Below are positions 18,712 to 27,978 of a stretch of 64,000 bases of DNA, in pieces. Source of the DNA: Dehalococcoidia bacterium (lineage in GTDB: Bacteria; Chloroflexota; Dehalococcoidia; Lucifugimonadales; UBA3495). A program made the position numbers and the translations under genes. The DNA is taken from the NCBI GenBank assembly GCA_965207275.1, contig CBDBMH010000001.1, forward strand, positions 553,244-617,243, read 5' to 3'. Numbering within the stretch: the stretch's first letter is position 1; each line of letters begins with the position of its first letter. The notes under the pieces were generated by a model, which was given only the letters and a program-made list of their open reading frames with translations, was not told where the DNA came from and did no database searches.

Positions 18712-18750
18712 GCCGCTGCCTGCTAGCAGGCAGCGGCCCCGCTTTCATTT
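18712..18750 (+). terminator. Strong hairpin terminator after ssb
   Basis: GCCGCTGCCTGC/GCAGGCAGCGGC 12-bp palindrome followed by CCCGCTTTCATTT. Confidence 0.6.
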
Positions 18751-18775
18751 CCAGACTCATCGCAAGGAGTGAACC

Positions 18776-19333
18776 ATGCCCAGGAAGAAGCAAGCCAAGC
18801 AGGACGAACTGCCCCTGTCCATGCCCGAACCCGCCGTTCCCGCCACCCCGGAGGGCGAGGCGGTGCTGGAGGCCCTGCGGTCCAACCTGACCCTGCTGGG
18901 AGAGCTGGCCGCCCGCTACCAGGTGTCCTTCCAGCCGGGGCGCCCGGCCGATATGCCGCAGATAAATTGCCCCCAGGATGTCCACACCCTGCTGGGGCCT
19001 GAAATGTCTGCCCTGGCCCAGGAGCAGCTGCGGGTGCTGCTGCTGAACACCCGCAACCAGGTCACGGGCCAGCGGATTGTCTACCAGGGGAACGTGAATA
19101 GCTCGATAGTCAGGCCCGCCGAGGTGCTGCGACACGCCATCGTCGACTGCGCCACCAGCATCATTGTCGTCCACAACCATCCCAGTTCTGACCCGACGCC
19201 CAGCCCGGAGGACGTGAGCATCACCCGCGACCTGGCGGCCGGGGCCAAGCTGCTGGGCATCGACCTCCTGGACCACGTGGTCATCGGAGGCGACCGCTGG
19301 GTCAGCCTCAAAGAGCGGAAGCTGATGGACTAA
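18776..19333 (+). CDS. radC: RadC-like JAB/MPN domain protein (185 aa)
   Basis: JAMM motif VVHNHPSSDPTPSPEDV and the typical RadC C-terminal half. Confidence 0.85.
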   Translation: MPRKKQAKQDELPLSMPEPAVPATPEGEAVLEALRSNLTLLGELAARYQVSFQPGRPADMPQINCPQDVHTLLGPEMSALAQEQLRVLLLNTRNQVTGQRIVYQGNVNSSIVRPAEVLRHAIVDCATSIIVVHNHPSSDPTPSPEDVSITRDLAAGAKLLGIDLLDHVVIGGDRWVSLKERKLMD

Positions 19334-19428
19334 CCCATTCCCCCGAGACCGGCGCACCGCAGCCGGTTCCCACGCGGGAAGTCGATCCCCGCGCCTTCTC
19401 CCACACTTTCACCTACAGGAGGCAACCC

Positions 19429-20079
19429 ATGATTTCCACGGAATCCGCCGGAAACGGCGAGGACTTGTTCACGGTCAACGCCGGAGGCTACTCGGCCACC
19501 GCCGACGCCTTCGCCCGCGACCCGGACACCGAGGGCCTCTGGTTCCTGTCCATGGTGGGACCGCAGACCGCCCTCAAGGCCATCTGGGCCTCCCTGCTCA
19601 AGCAGCCCCCGGACGCCGCCTACATCATCAGGGGCATCAAGGGCATGGCATTGAGCGGCGGATACCAGCGGTGCCAGGTGCCCCATCACACCGTCGGCAC
19701 CTGGACCACCCGCATCGCCCGCCTGCCCGCCAGCCGGGGATGGCACGCATTGGTGTACACACGCCTGGCCGAATTCAGCTTCGAGCGTGACGACTTCCTT
19801 TTGCTGGCCCAGGAACAGGCCGAAGCGCCGGGGCTGCACCATCGCTTCCTCGACCGTCGCAGCCCCCTGCCCCTGCACCACTCCTGGCGGGACTGGCTCT
19901 GGCGGCGGGGGTTGGACACCGGCGAGATCGTCCCCCTGGAGTCCGCCGGACTGCTGGCCTACACCTGCAACCCCAGGGGCGAGGAGTTGAAGGCGGACCT
20001 GTCGGCGGCGGTGGCGGCAGGAACGCTGACTTTGAAAGAACACGATAACGACACCAAGGAGGACAACAACGATGGATAG
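19429..20079 (+). CDS. Hypothetical protein (216 aa)
   Basis: AGGAGG SD. No recognisable motif. The stop overlaps the next start (ATGGATAG). Confidence 0.5.
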   Translation: MISTESAGNGEDLFTVNAGGYSATADAFARDPDTEGLWFLSMVGPQTALKAIWASLLKQPPDAAYIIRGIKGMALSGGYQRCQVPHHTVGTWTTRIARLPASRGWHALVYTRLAEFSFERDDFLLLAQEQAEAPGLHHRFLDRRSPLPLHHSWRDWLWRRGLDTGEIVPLESAGLLAYTCNPRGEELKADLSAAVAAGTLTLKEHDNDTKEDNNDG

Positions 20080-20482
20080 GACGCTGAACCCTGTGAAGCG
20101 GGGCAACAAGCGCCGCCGCGCCCGCAACTGGAAGGCCTGGCAGCTCTTCTCGCCGGATGGAGACAGGTGCCGGTTCTGCCCCCACGGGGCCGCCGACCAC
20201 CTAACCAGTTCAGGGCAACCGCATTTCTACCAGCCTGCCGTCGAGCAGGACTGGCGGAAGTCCAACGAGAAGCTGTACCGCCACGAATTGGAGGACGGCT
20301 CGGAGGTGCTGGTCAAGCGCGTGACCGTCGCCAACCGCGCCGAACTGCTGACGGCCTTCTGCATCCAGTGCGCCAGGGACAAGCAGACCGGTCAGGTCCT
20401 GTGTTTCCAGCGCACCCTGGCCAAGGGCGAGGTCGTGGGACTGAAGAACTTCGCCAACGGAAACCACAACAACGGGAGGTAG
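20072..20482 (+). CDS. Hypothetical protein, basic N-terminus (136 aa)
   Basis: Overlapping start with the previous gene. Contains a CRFCPH motif. No family assigned. Confidence 0.45.
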   Translation: MDRTLNPVKRGNKRRRARNWKAWQLFSPDGDRCRFCPHGAADHLTSSGQPHFYQPAVEQDWRKSNEKLYRHELEDGSEVLVKRVTVANRAELLTAFCIQCARDKQTGQVLCFQRTLAKGEVVGLKNFANGNHNNGR

Positions 20483-20486
20483 CAAA

Positions 20487-20750
20487 ATGGCCGACACACA
20501 GACCCTGTACTTCCCCTGCCCCTCCTGCGGGGCAAGGTTCTGCCAGGTGGAGGAGCCGGACGGGGACATCCACGCCGGGGAGACCTACACCTGCAACGAG
20601 TGCGGCGCCGCCGTGGTCCTGGTTGCCCTGAGCATGGAGATGCTGGCCGACCCCGCCTCCATCCGCTGGGGCTGCCACTTCTGCCAGCCCGGCCCCTGCC
20701 GGTTGGCTCCATCCGGCGGCGGCGACTCATCCGAAAGCGATGCCAATTAA
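20487..20750 (+). CDS. Small zinc-ribbon protein (87 aa)
   Basis: Cys pairs CPSC...CNEC plus CHFC. GGGAGG SD. Confidence 0.5.
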   Translation: MADTQTLYFPCPSCGARFCQVEEPDGDIHAGETYTCNECGAAVVLVALSMEMLADPASIRWGCHFCQPGPCRLAPSGGGDSSESDAN

Positions 20751-20784
20751 CTCACCGAATCCAGATAGATGAAGGAGGACTGAC

Positions 20785-21819
20785 ATGAGACTAGCTGCTC
20801 AGGCAAAGGGGGGCTTCTACCCGACGCCGCCCCAGGTCGTTGACCTGACTACCAAGCTGCTCTATGGGGCCAGGGGCCGCGCCAGGAACGCTGACACCCT
20901 GCGCATCCTGGACCCCTGCTGCGGCGCCGGGGACGCCCTGGCCCAGTTCGCGGGCCTGCTGCGCGACCGCAGCACTGTGCCCGTGGAGACCTTTGGAGTG
21001 GAACTGCACCGGGACCGGGCGGAACAGGCCGCCCGGATCCTGGACCGCGCCCTGGCCTGCGACCTCTTCGCCACCACCATCGCCAACAACGCCTTCGGCG
21101 TGCTGTTTCTGAACCCGCCCTATGACCACGACTCGGAAGACAAGCGGATGGAACACGCCTTCCTGATGTATTGCACCCGCTACCTGGCCGAGGGCGGGCT
21201 GCTGCTGTTCATCGTCCCCAGGCAGCGACTCGCCGTCTCCGCCCGCTACCTGTCCTCCCACTACCGGGACCTGCGGTGTTGGGCCTTCCCCAACCCGGAA
21301 AGGGAGGTCTTTGACCAGGTGGTGCTCATCGGGCGGCGCAAGGCCGAGCCCAGCCCCGACCCCTACGCCGAGGAGCAGGTCAGGGGTTGGTCCTTCGGCG
21401 AGCCGGAGGAGTTCTCCCCCCGCCCCTACCCGGTCTACGACCCGATGGTGACGCCCGCCGGGGACATCCTATTCGCCACCCGCACCGTGGACCCGCTGGC
21501 CGCCGTCGCCGAGGCCCGGAAGACCGGCCTGTGGGCCAGCCAGGAGGTGAAGGACTCCCTGTGGCCCGCCGAGGACCGGCGCACCCGGCCCCTGATGCCG
21601 CTGCGCCGTGGTCACCTGGCCATGCTGGTGGCGGCGGGATTCCTGGACAACCTGGTGCTGGAGGCCGACGGGCAGCGCATCCTGGTCAAGGGCCGCACCA
21701 CTAAGGAGATGATCCTGGCCGAGGAGACCGAGAACACCGAGGTCTACCGGGAGCGACTAAAAACCACCGTGGTGGCCCTGGACCTGGACGGCGGGGAGAT
21801 CACCGACATCGCCGCATAG
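20785..21819 (+). CDS. N6-adenine DNA methyltransferase-like protein (344 aa)
   Basis: SAM motif ILDPCCGAGD and catalytic LNPPYD. GAAGGAGG SD. Immediately upstream of the SNF2 helicase. Confidence 0.75.
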   Translation: MRLAAQAKGGFYPTPPQVVDLTTKLLYGARGRARNADTLRILDPCCGAGDALAQFAGLLRDRSTVPVETFGVELHRDRAEQAARILDRALACDLFATTIANNAFGVLFLNPPYDHDSEDKRMEHAFLMYCTRYLAEGGLLLFIVPRQRLAVSARYLSSHYRDLRCWAFPNPEREVFDQVVLIGRRKAEPSPDPYAEEQVRGWSFGEPEEFSPRPYPVYDPMVTPAGDILFATRTVDPLAAVAEARKTGLWASQEVKDSLWPAEDRRTRPLMPLRRGHLAMLVAAGFLDNLVLEADGQRILVKGRTTKEMILAEETENTEVYRERLKTTVVALDLDGGEITDIAA

Positions 21820-21942
21820 CCCAGCGCCAATTACCAACCGGACGGCTGCAGCGCCAGCCGCCGCACGAAGGCCCCGCTGGTCTTGGACACCGGCGGGGCC
21901 TTCGCCTTGTTCAACGGCAACCCTCACTCAAGGAGACTACCC

Positions 21943-24291
21943 ATGAACCTTTCCGGTTTCATCGACACCTTCAAGGAGTCCATCGCCCGCCGGGTGGTGG
22001 AGTCCTACCCGCCCCTGTACCGGCCCTCGGAGACCCCGGTCCAACTGCCCCGGCTGCTTCGCAAGCCGATGGGCGGCCAGGAGGACGCCATCAAGGGGAC
22101 GGCCCTCTCATTGCAAGCCCACCGGGGCACCACCGTCGTTGGAGAGATGGGCACGGGAAAAACTTTCATCGGCGCCGCCGCCGCCCACGCCGCCGGCTTC
22201 CGGCGGGTGTTGATCTTGTGCCCACCCCACTTGACCCGAAAGTGGAAGCGGGAGGTGGAGGATACGGTGCCAGGCGCCCGGGCCGCCATCGTCGCCTCCA
22301 TCACCGACCTGGAACGGCTGCGGCTGTCCGTGGGTCCCGCACCTCTCTTCGCCATCATGTCCCGAGAAAGGGCCAAGCTCTCCTACCGATGGCAGCCCGC
22401 CGTCATCCAGCGCTGGGCTGCTGCCGGGGGGCGACTGGTACGGGACGAGCAGACCGGCGAGCCCTTCCGGGTGCCCTGCTGCCCCACCTGTCACGCCCAG
22501 GTGGTGGACAAGGACGGGGTTCCCCTGACGATAGAGGAACTCTCCCGCAAGCGCCGCGACTGCGACCTCTGCCGGTCCGGCCTGTGGCAGGCCGACGGCA
22601 CCGGCCCCCGAAGGTATCCCCTTGCGGACTACGTGAAGCACCGGATGAAGGGCTTCTTCGACCTGATGGTGGCGGACGAGGTGCATGAGTTTAAGGCAAG
22701 AGGCTCGGCCCAGGGCATCGCCGCCGGGGTGCTGGCCGACTCCTGCGGCAAGTCCCTCACTCTTACCGGAACGCTGACGGGTGGGTATTCGAGCACTCTC
22801 TTCCACCTGCTCTACCGCTTCTCGCCCGACATCCGGGCCGAGTTCGGACGCTCCGAGGAGGGGCGCTGGATACAGCGCTACGGCTTCCTGGAGCAGACGG
22901 TGCGCCAGTCCGACGACGGAGACTCCTTCGAGGACGGGCGCAACAGCCGCCGCAAAGGATACCGCAAGACGGTCAGGGAGCGGCCCGGCCTGGCGCCCTC
23001 GGCTCTCTTCCACCTCATCGGCAACTCGGTTTTCCTGCGCCTCTCCGACGTGGCCTCGGGGCTGCCTCCCTACGAGGAACAGGTGCTGCTGTCGGGCATG
23101 GACCGGGAGACGGACCACACCGGATTCTCGCAGCGCAAGGCCTACGACGCGGTGTTCGACACCCTGCGGCAGGCGCTGGCGGCGGCGCTCCAGAAGGGTT
23201 CCAAGCGGCTGCTGGCGACCTATTTGCAGACCCTGCTGGCCTACCCCGACGGCTGCACCCGGGGCGAGACGGTCTTCGACCCGCAGACCGGCAACATGCT
23301 CATCCAGATGCCGCCGTTGTCGGAAGACAAGCTCTACCCGAAGGAGCAGGCGCTGGTGGACCTGGTGGCGGCGGAAAGGCTGGCCGGACGCAAGGTGCTG
23401 GTCTACGCCACCCACACCGGAACGCGGGACATCACCGAACGGATGGAAGAGTTCCTGACCACTCACGGGTTTCGCGTGGCGGTGCTCAAGGCGGACTCGG
23501 TGGCCCCGGACCGCCGCGAGGCCTGGGTGGAGGAACGGGTCAAGCAGGGCATCGACGTGCTGATCTGCCATCCCCGCCTGGTGCAGACCGGCCTCGACCT
23601 CATCGACTTCCCAACATTGGCTTGGTTCGAGACGGATTACAGCGTCTACACCATGCGGCAGGCGTCGCGCCGCTCCTGGCGCATCGGGCAGAAACGCCCG
23701 GTGAAGGTCGTCTTCATGGCCTACCGGAACACCCTCCAGGCCGACGCGCTCAAGCTGGTGGCCAAGAAGCTGCAAAGCTCCCTGGCGGTGGAGGGGGAGC
23801 TGCCCGAGGACGGCCTGGCCGCCTTCGGGGACGACGGCGACGACCTGATGCTGGCGTTGGCCCGCCAGATCGCCAGCAGCGATGAGACCGACGCCGATGG
23901 GGAGTCCGTGGAGGACGTGTTCGCAAAGGCCAAGGACGCCGAGGCCAGCGCCGAGGAGTTCCTGGTAGACGACGGATGGAAGGCGGTTCAGGTCGAACCG
24001 GAGGCCGTCGTGGTCAACGGGAACGGGGCCAATGGTAACGGCCACTACGAAGCCATTGAGCACACCGTCGAACTGGCGCTGGGTGACGGCCACACCAACG
24101 GGAACGGCCACGATGAAGGACCCACCGAGGGGCAGCAGTCCCTGTTCTCCTGGGCCGAGTTCCTGGCCGACGAACCGGCCCAGCCCAGGGGACGGAACGG
24201 CAAGCCGAAGCCCGCCACCCTCTCCATGTTCGAGTGGGCCCTCACCGTCGAACAGGAAGGGGAAAAAGAGCCGGTGAGCGCGGGACGCTAG
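21943..24291 (+). CDS. SNF2/DEAD-like helicase with an inserted zinc ribbon (782 aa)
   Basis: Motif I GEMGTGKTF, motif II MVADEVHEF, motif VI QASRRSWRIGQKRPV. Cys4 insert CCPTCH...CDLC. AAGGAG precedes the ATG at 21943. The C-terminal tail has NGNGANGNGH low complexity. Confidence 0.85.
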   Translation: MNLSGFIDTFKESIARRVVESYPPLYRPSETPVQLPRLLRKPMGGQEDAIKGTALSLQAHRGTTVVGEMGTGKTFIGAAAAHAAGFRRVLILCPPHLTRKWKREVEDTVPGARAAIVASITDLERLRLSVGPAPLFAIMSRERAKLSYRWQPAVIQRWAAAGGRLVRDEQTGEPFRVPCCPTCHAQVVDKDGVPLTIEELSRKRRDCDLCRSGLWQADGTGPRRYPLADYVKHRMKGFFDLMVADEVHEFKARGSAQGIAAGVLADSCGKSLTLTGTLTGGYSSTLFHLLYRFSPDIRAEFGRSEEGRWIQRYGFLEQTVRQSDDGDSFEDGRNSRRKGYRKTVRERPGLAPSALFHLIGNSVFLRLSDVASGLPPYEEQVLLSGMDRETDHTGFSQRKAYDAVFDTLRQALAAALQKGSKRLLATYLQTLLAYPDGCTRGETVFDPQTGNMLIQMPPLSEDKLYPKEQALVDLVAAERLAGRKVLVYATHTGTRDITERMEEFLTTHGFRVAVLKADSVAPDRREAWVEERVKQGIDVLICHPRLVQTGLDLIDFPTLAWFETDYSVYTMRQASRRSWRIGQKRPVKVVFMAYRNTLQADALKLVAKKLQSSLAVEGELPEDGLAAFGDDGDDLMLALARQIASSDETDADGESVEDVFAKAKDAEASAEEFLVDDGWKAVQVEPEAVVVNGNGANGNGHYEAIEHTVELALGDGHTNGNGHDEGPTEGQQSLFSWAEFLADEPAQPRGRNGKPKPATLSMFEWALTVEQEGEKEPVSAGR

Positions 24292-24395
24292 ACCGCAAAG
24301 GCACACGGAGGGGCCGTCGCTAATCGAACGGCGGCCTCCCCGCACATGGCAAACCGGACGAAACGGCAACCAACGATTTCAGAGGAGATAAAACG

Positions 24396-24602
24396 ATGGC
24401 ACGTGTGTTTGTTTACGACGAACGGGAGTTCCCCGACCCCGACCCGGAGATGACAGTCGAGCAGGTGAAATCCACATTGGCCGACTTCTACGGGGAAATC
24501 GCCAACGCCTCGGTGAAGGAGACCCAGCGGGGCCAGGACACCATCTACGAGTTCCAGCGGCGGGTGGGCACCAAGGGCGCCTTCACCTTCGCCCGCAGCT
24601 AG
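24396..24602 (+). CDS. PRTRC system protein C-like ubiquitin-like (beta-grasp) protein (68 aa)
   Basis: The pattern EFPDPDPEMTVEQVKSTLADFYGEIANASVKE...IYEFQRRVGTKG matches my recollection of PRTRC protein C. JAB and ThiF genes lie in the same cassette. Confidence 0.75.
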   Translation: MARVFVYDEREFPDPDPEMTVEQVKSTLADFYGEIANASVKETQRGQDTIYEFQRRVGTKGAFTFARS

Positions 24603-24614
24603 GGAGGCAATCAA

Positions 24615-24845
24615 ATGGACAACCACACCCTGTCCGGTCTGCTGGCGGCAACCCCGCCGGCGGACCTGAAGATCATCGAGCTCACGGCGGAGCTCACCCG
24701 GCCCGACGGCTCCCTTGACTTGGACGCGGCGGCGGCCCGGCAGGCGGAGGCGGAACTGGCCTGCGCCCAGGCCGAGGAGTACGCCGCCGCCACCAAGCGG
24801 CTGCTGGGAGCGATGCGGTGGAAGCTGCGGCCCCGCCGCTCCTGA
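24615..24845 (+). CDS. Hypothetical protein of the PRTRC cassette (76 aa)
   Basis: GGGAGG SD. Ala/Glu-rich helical sequence. Confidence 0.45.
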   Translation: MDNHTLSGLLAATPPADLKIIELTAELTRPDGSLDLDAAAARQAEAELACAQAEEYAAATKRLLGAMRWKLRPRRS

Positions 24846-25663
24846 GCGGGCTGGCTCAATCGCTCCTGCGGCGTCCGCCGTCGCTGCGGGAGCTGGTCAC
24901 CCTTATCGGCTACGCCGAGGACTACGCCTGGTTCGCCGGCCTGGTAAGCCGCCTCTTTCCCCAGGAGGCCGAGGCGATTCTGGCCGCTCCCGACGTGAAC
25001 CGGAGGGTGGAGGGTTTTGCAGAACTTTTCCAGGAGCGGCACTTCCCCCTCTACGGCCCCTTCCTGGACTTCTGGCTGGACGAGGGCGACGAGCCTCCCT
25101 GGAGCTGGCTCAGGCGGGGAATCCCCTTCGACCTGGTGGGCTTCGGCTACGACGACCTGCACGAGATGTGGGACGGCTACCGGGAGGGGTTGTCGGCCCT
25201 GGCGCTGCTGGCCCAGCCGCCCGACTCCTTCTTCATGGGTCCCGAAGGGATGAGGACGGCCTGGCTGGAATCCGCCGCCGAGCGCATCCCCCAGGACACG
25301 CTGGAGCGGATTCCCGCGGGCGGCATACCCCTGGAGGCCCTGACCGAGGCGGTGCAGGAAACGGAGTTCCAGGGAGCGGCCCAGGCCGCCGCCTGGGTCT
25401 GGAGCGAGACCGGCAACTTCTTTCTCGACCACAACTACAGCGATGGCGATTACGACGGGTTCTCAGACCCCTGGGAGGAGGAAATCATCCGGGAAGGGAC
25501 AGAGGAATGGCAAAAGGCCAGCGCCCTGATCGACTCGGTGACCCAACTCGCCGGATGGCTGGAGGGAGACCTGCCGGGCCGCTTCGCCGGGATGCTGGAC
25601 TTCATCCTGCCCCAGCTTCCCGAACCAACGACACAACAGGAGGAAAACGATGACGACTGTTGA
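24818..25663 (+). CDS. Hypothetical acidic protein of the PRTRC cassette (281 aa)
   Basis: GTG start with GGGAG upstream. No recognisable motif. Ends by overlapping the protein B start. Confidence 0.5.
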   Translation: MEAAAPPLLSGLAQSLLRRPPSLRELVTLIGYAEDYAWFAGLVSRLFPQEAEAILAAPDVNRRVEGFAELFQERHFPLYGPFLDFWLDEGDEPPWSWLRRGIPFDLVGFGYDDLHEMWDGYREGLSALALLAQPPDSFFMGPEGMRTAWLESAAERIPQDTLERIPAGGIPLEALTEAVQETEFQGAAQAAAWVWSETGNFFLDHNYSDGDYDGFSDPWEEEIIREGTEEWQKASALIDSVTQLAGWLEGDLPGRFAGMLDFILPQLPEPTTQQEENDDDC

Positions 25664-26088
25664 CACCGACACCGCCCGCTGGTCCCTGCCGGGTCGGGCG
25701 GACATGCCCACCGACCAGCTCCAGGTGCAGTTGGAGGTCTACAACGAGACCGTCCTGCTGCGGGGCTTCGAGGGCGACACCAACTGGGTCAGGACTGTCT
25801 CGGCGGACGAGATCGCCAATGTGTTCACCCGGCACCTGGGATTCTCCTCGGGGCTGCTGCCCGAAAACACCCTCTGGTGGGGCCAGGGCGAGACCGGCCA
25901 GATGGTGGCCCTCTGGAGGCCGCCCCAGGTCTGGCCGGTGGCCCTGCAACGGGAAGCCTTCAAGCCGCCAGCACGGCTCAGGGTTCCAATGCCGGGGCTG
26001 GTGTTCGTCTGCTCACCGGCACGGGCGCCCTGGGTCTATGCCGCCCTGGAAAGGCCCAGCAACCCGGAGCAGCAGCTCTACCGCGCCC
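25650..26088 (+). pseudogene. PRTRC protein B-like gene, 5' fragment (interrupted by IS)
   Basis: AGGAGG SD and ATG at 25650. The reading frame runs into the IS left end after ...EQQLYRAP. It joins in frame with 27983..28251 once the IS and one GCCC copy are removed. Confidence 0.7.
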
Positions 26089-27978
26089 CCCAAATCCACC
26101 ACCTAATGGGAGGAAAAGACCTCGTTGGAGCCAGCGGCAAAGCTGGCTATGATGGTTACGGGACAAACACAACCATCACCAACGAGGTGCAGTCATTATG
26201 CAACAGGGAGTCCTGCCATTCCAGTATGGGACGGAGCATCGCGCGGGGGGCATGACGGGGCTGTCGGGGTTGGCGGTCTATCTGGAAATGGCCGATGCGA
26301 TGGGGCTGGGCGAGTCGATCCGGCGCTACGTGAAGGTCAAGGAGGGCGGACAGGGATGGACGGACCGGCAGATGGTCACCGCGCTGGTGCTGCTGAATCT
26401 GGCCGGTGGAGAAGGAGTGGACGACCTCCGGGTGCTGGAAGGGGACGAGGGTCTGGGCCGGATGTTGGGCCGGGTGGAGACGCACCGGCAGCGGGCTTGT
26501 GAGCGCCGGGAGGAGGGCAGCCGGTGGCGGGGCGGGCGGCGCCGCAGCGTCCCGTCTCCGTCGGCGGTGTTCCGGTACCTGGGCCGGTTCCACGACCCGG
26601 TTCAGGAGGAGGCCAGGCAGCCCCATACGGCGTACATACCCGCGCCCAGCGGCGCGCTGCGCGGGCTGGGGAAGGTCAACGCCGAGATGATGAGCTTCGT
26701 CCGGGACCACCTGGAGCAGGAGCAGGCGACGCTGGACATGGACGCGACGCTGATCGAGACCTACAAGCAGGAGGCGCTGTACTGCTACCAGGGCTACAAG
26801 GCCTACCAGCCGATGGTCACCTACTGGGCCGAGGCGGACCTGGTGGTCCATTCGGAGTTCCGGGACGGCAACGTGCCAGCGGGGTTCGAGCAACTGCGGG
26901 TGTTGCGGGAGTCGCTGGCCCATCTGCCGGAGGGCGTGGTGAAGGTGATGCTGCGGTCGGACACGGCGGGGTACCAAGTTGAGTTGTTGCGGTACTGCGC
27001 CGAGGGGAGGGATGAGCGGTTCGGAGTGATCGAATTCGCGGTGGGGGCGGACGTCACGGAGGGGTTCAAGCGTGCGGCAGCCGAAGTGGAGGAGAGCCAG
27101 TGGCGCCGGTTGCCCCGGATGGTGGGGGAGTTGGCGGTGGAGACGGAACAGGAGTGGGCCGAGGTGGACTTCGTGCCCGATAGATTGGCTTATTCCAAGA
27201 ATGATCCCGACTACCGTTTCATAGCGGTCCGGGAGCCGCTGAGGCGGCCGCCGCTGCCGGGCATGGAGGATGACCTGGAGTTGTCGGTTCCGGCGATGGA
27301 GATGCCGGACCGGGGCTGGTACAAGATCCGGGGGATAGTGACTAACCGGGAGCTACCGGGAGATGAGGTGGTGCGGTGGTACCGGGAGAGATGCGGGAAG
27401 GGCGAGGAGGTGCATGGTGTGCTGAAGGAGGACTTGGCTGGCGGGAGGCTGCCGTCGGGACAGTTCGGGGCCAACGCGGCCTGGTGGGCGATAGCGGCGC
27501 TGGCGTTCAACCTGAACTCGGCGGTCAAGCAGTTGGCCCTGGGCGGTCAGTGGGTGAACAAGCGGCTCAAGGCGGTGCGCTTTGCTCTGATCAATCTGGC
27601 CGGACGGGTGGTCTGCCACGCCAGGAAGCTGCTGATCCGGCTGGCCCGGGGCCATCCATCCTTCCCGCTGCTGGCGGGAGCGCACCGGAGAATAGCGGCG
27701 CTGGCCCACGGCCCACCCTGACCTGGGACGGTCTGCGCCACTACCGACGGGCATTCAAGCGACGGGGACTCCCGCCGTAGGGACACTGCGCCCTTCTCCA
27801 GGACCGGTTGGCATAGACCTCGCCCTGGCGTCGCCGGCCAACGCCCCAATATCCCCTTCCAGCGCCTACTCCTGCCACGCCAACCCACTGCCAACCTGTC
27901 AGCCGTCAGCCGATGCCCCAACCGGCCCAATCAAGGAGCCCCAAAACCATTTTTCTCCCATTAGGTGGTGGATTTGGG
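26089..27978 (+). mobile_element. IS element, IS1380-family-like, 1890 bp
   Basis: Terminal inverted repeats CCCAAATCCACCACCTAATGGGAG(G/A)AAAA: 24 perfect bp, then one mismatch, then 4 more matches. Flanked by a 4-bp direct duplication GCCC (26085-26088 and 27979-27982). Carries a single transposase ORF. Confidence 0.85.
26198..27721 (+). CDS. DDE transposase (IS1380-family-like, 507 aa)
   Basis: The N-terminal pattern GGMTGLSGLAVYLEMADAMGLGESI...GGQGWTDRQMVTALVLLNLAGGEGVDDLRVLEGDEGL is as I remember for IS1380/IS4-related transposases. Bounded by the IRs. Confidence 0.75.
   Translation: MQQGVLPFQYGTEHRAGGMTGLSGLAVYLEMADAMGLGESIRRYVKVKEGGQGWTDRQMVTALVLLNLAGGEGVDDLRVLEGDEGLGRMLGRVETHRQRACERREEGSRWRGGRRRSVPSPSAVFRYLGRFHDPVQEEARQPHTAYIPAPSGALRGLGKVNAEMMSFVRDHLEQEQATLDMDATLIETYKQEALYCYQGYKAYQPMVTYWAEADLVVHSEFRDGNVPAGFEQLRVLRESLAHLPEGVVKVMLRSDTAGYQVELLRYCAEGRDERFGVIEFAVGADVTEGFKRAAAEVEESQWRRLPRMVGELAVETEQEWAEVDFVPDRLAYSKNDPDYRFIAVREPLRRPPLPGMEDDLELSVPAMEMPDRGWYKIRGIVTNRELPGDEVVRWYRERCGKGEEVHGVLKEDLAGGRLPSGQFGANAAWWAIAALAFNLNSAVKQLALGGQWVNKRLKAVRFALINLAGRVVCHARKLLIRLARGHPSFPLLAGAHRRIAALAHGPP

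Noticed and set aside
26156-26977. 273-aa minus-strand ORF inside the IS element
   Set aside because: It is antisense to the transposase gene and has shadow-ORF composition. IS elements of this family carry a single transposase ORF.
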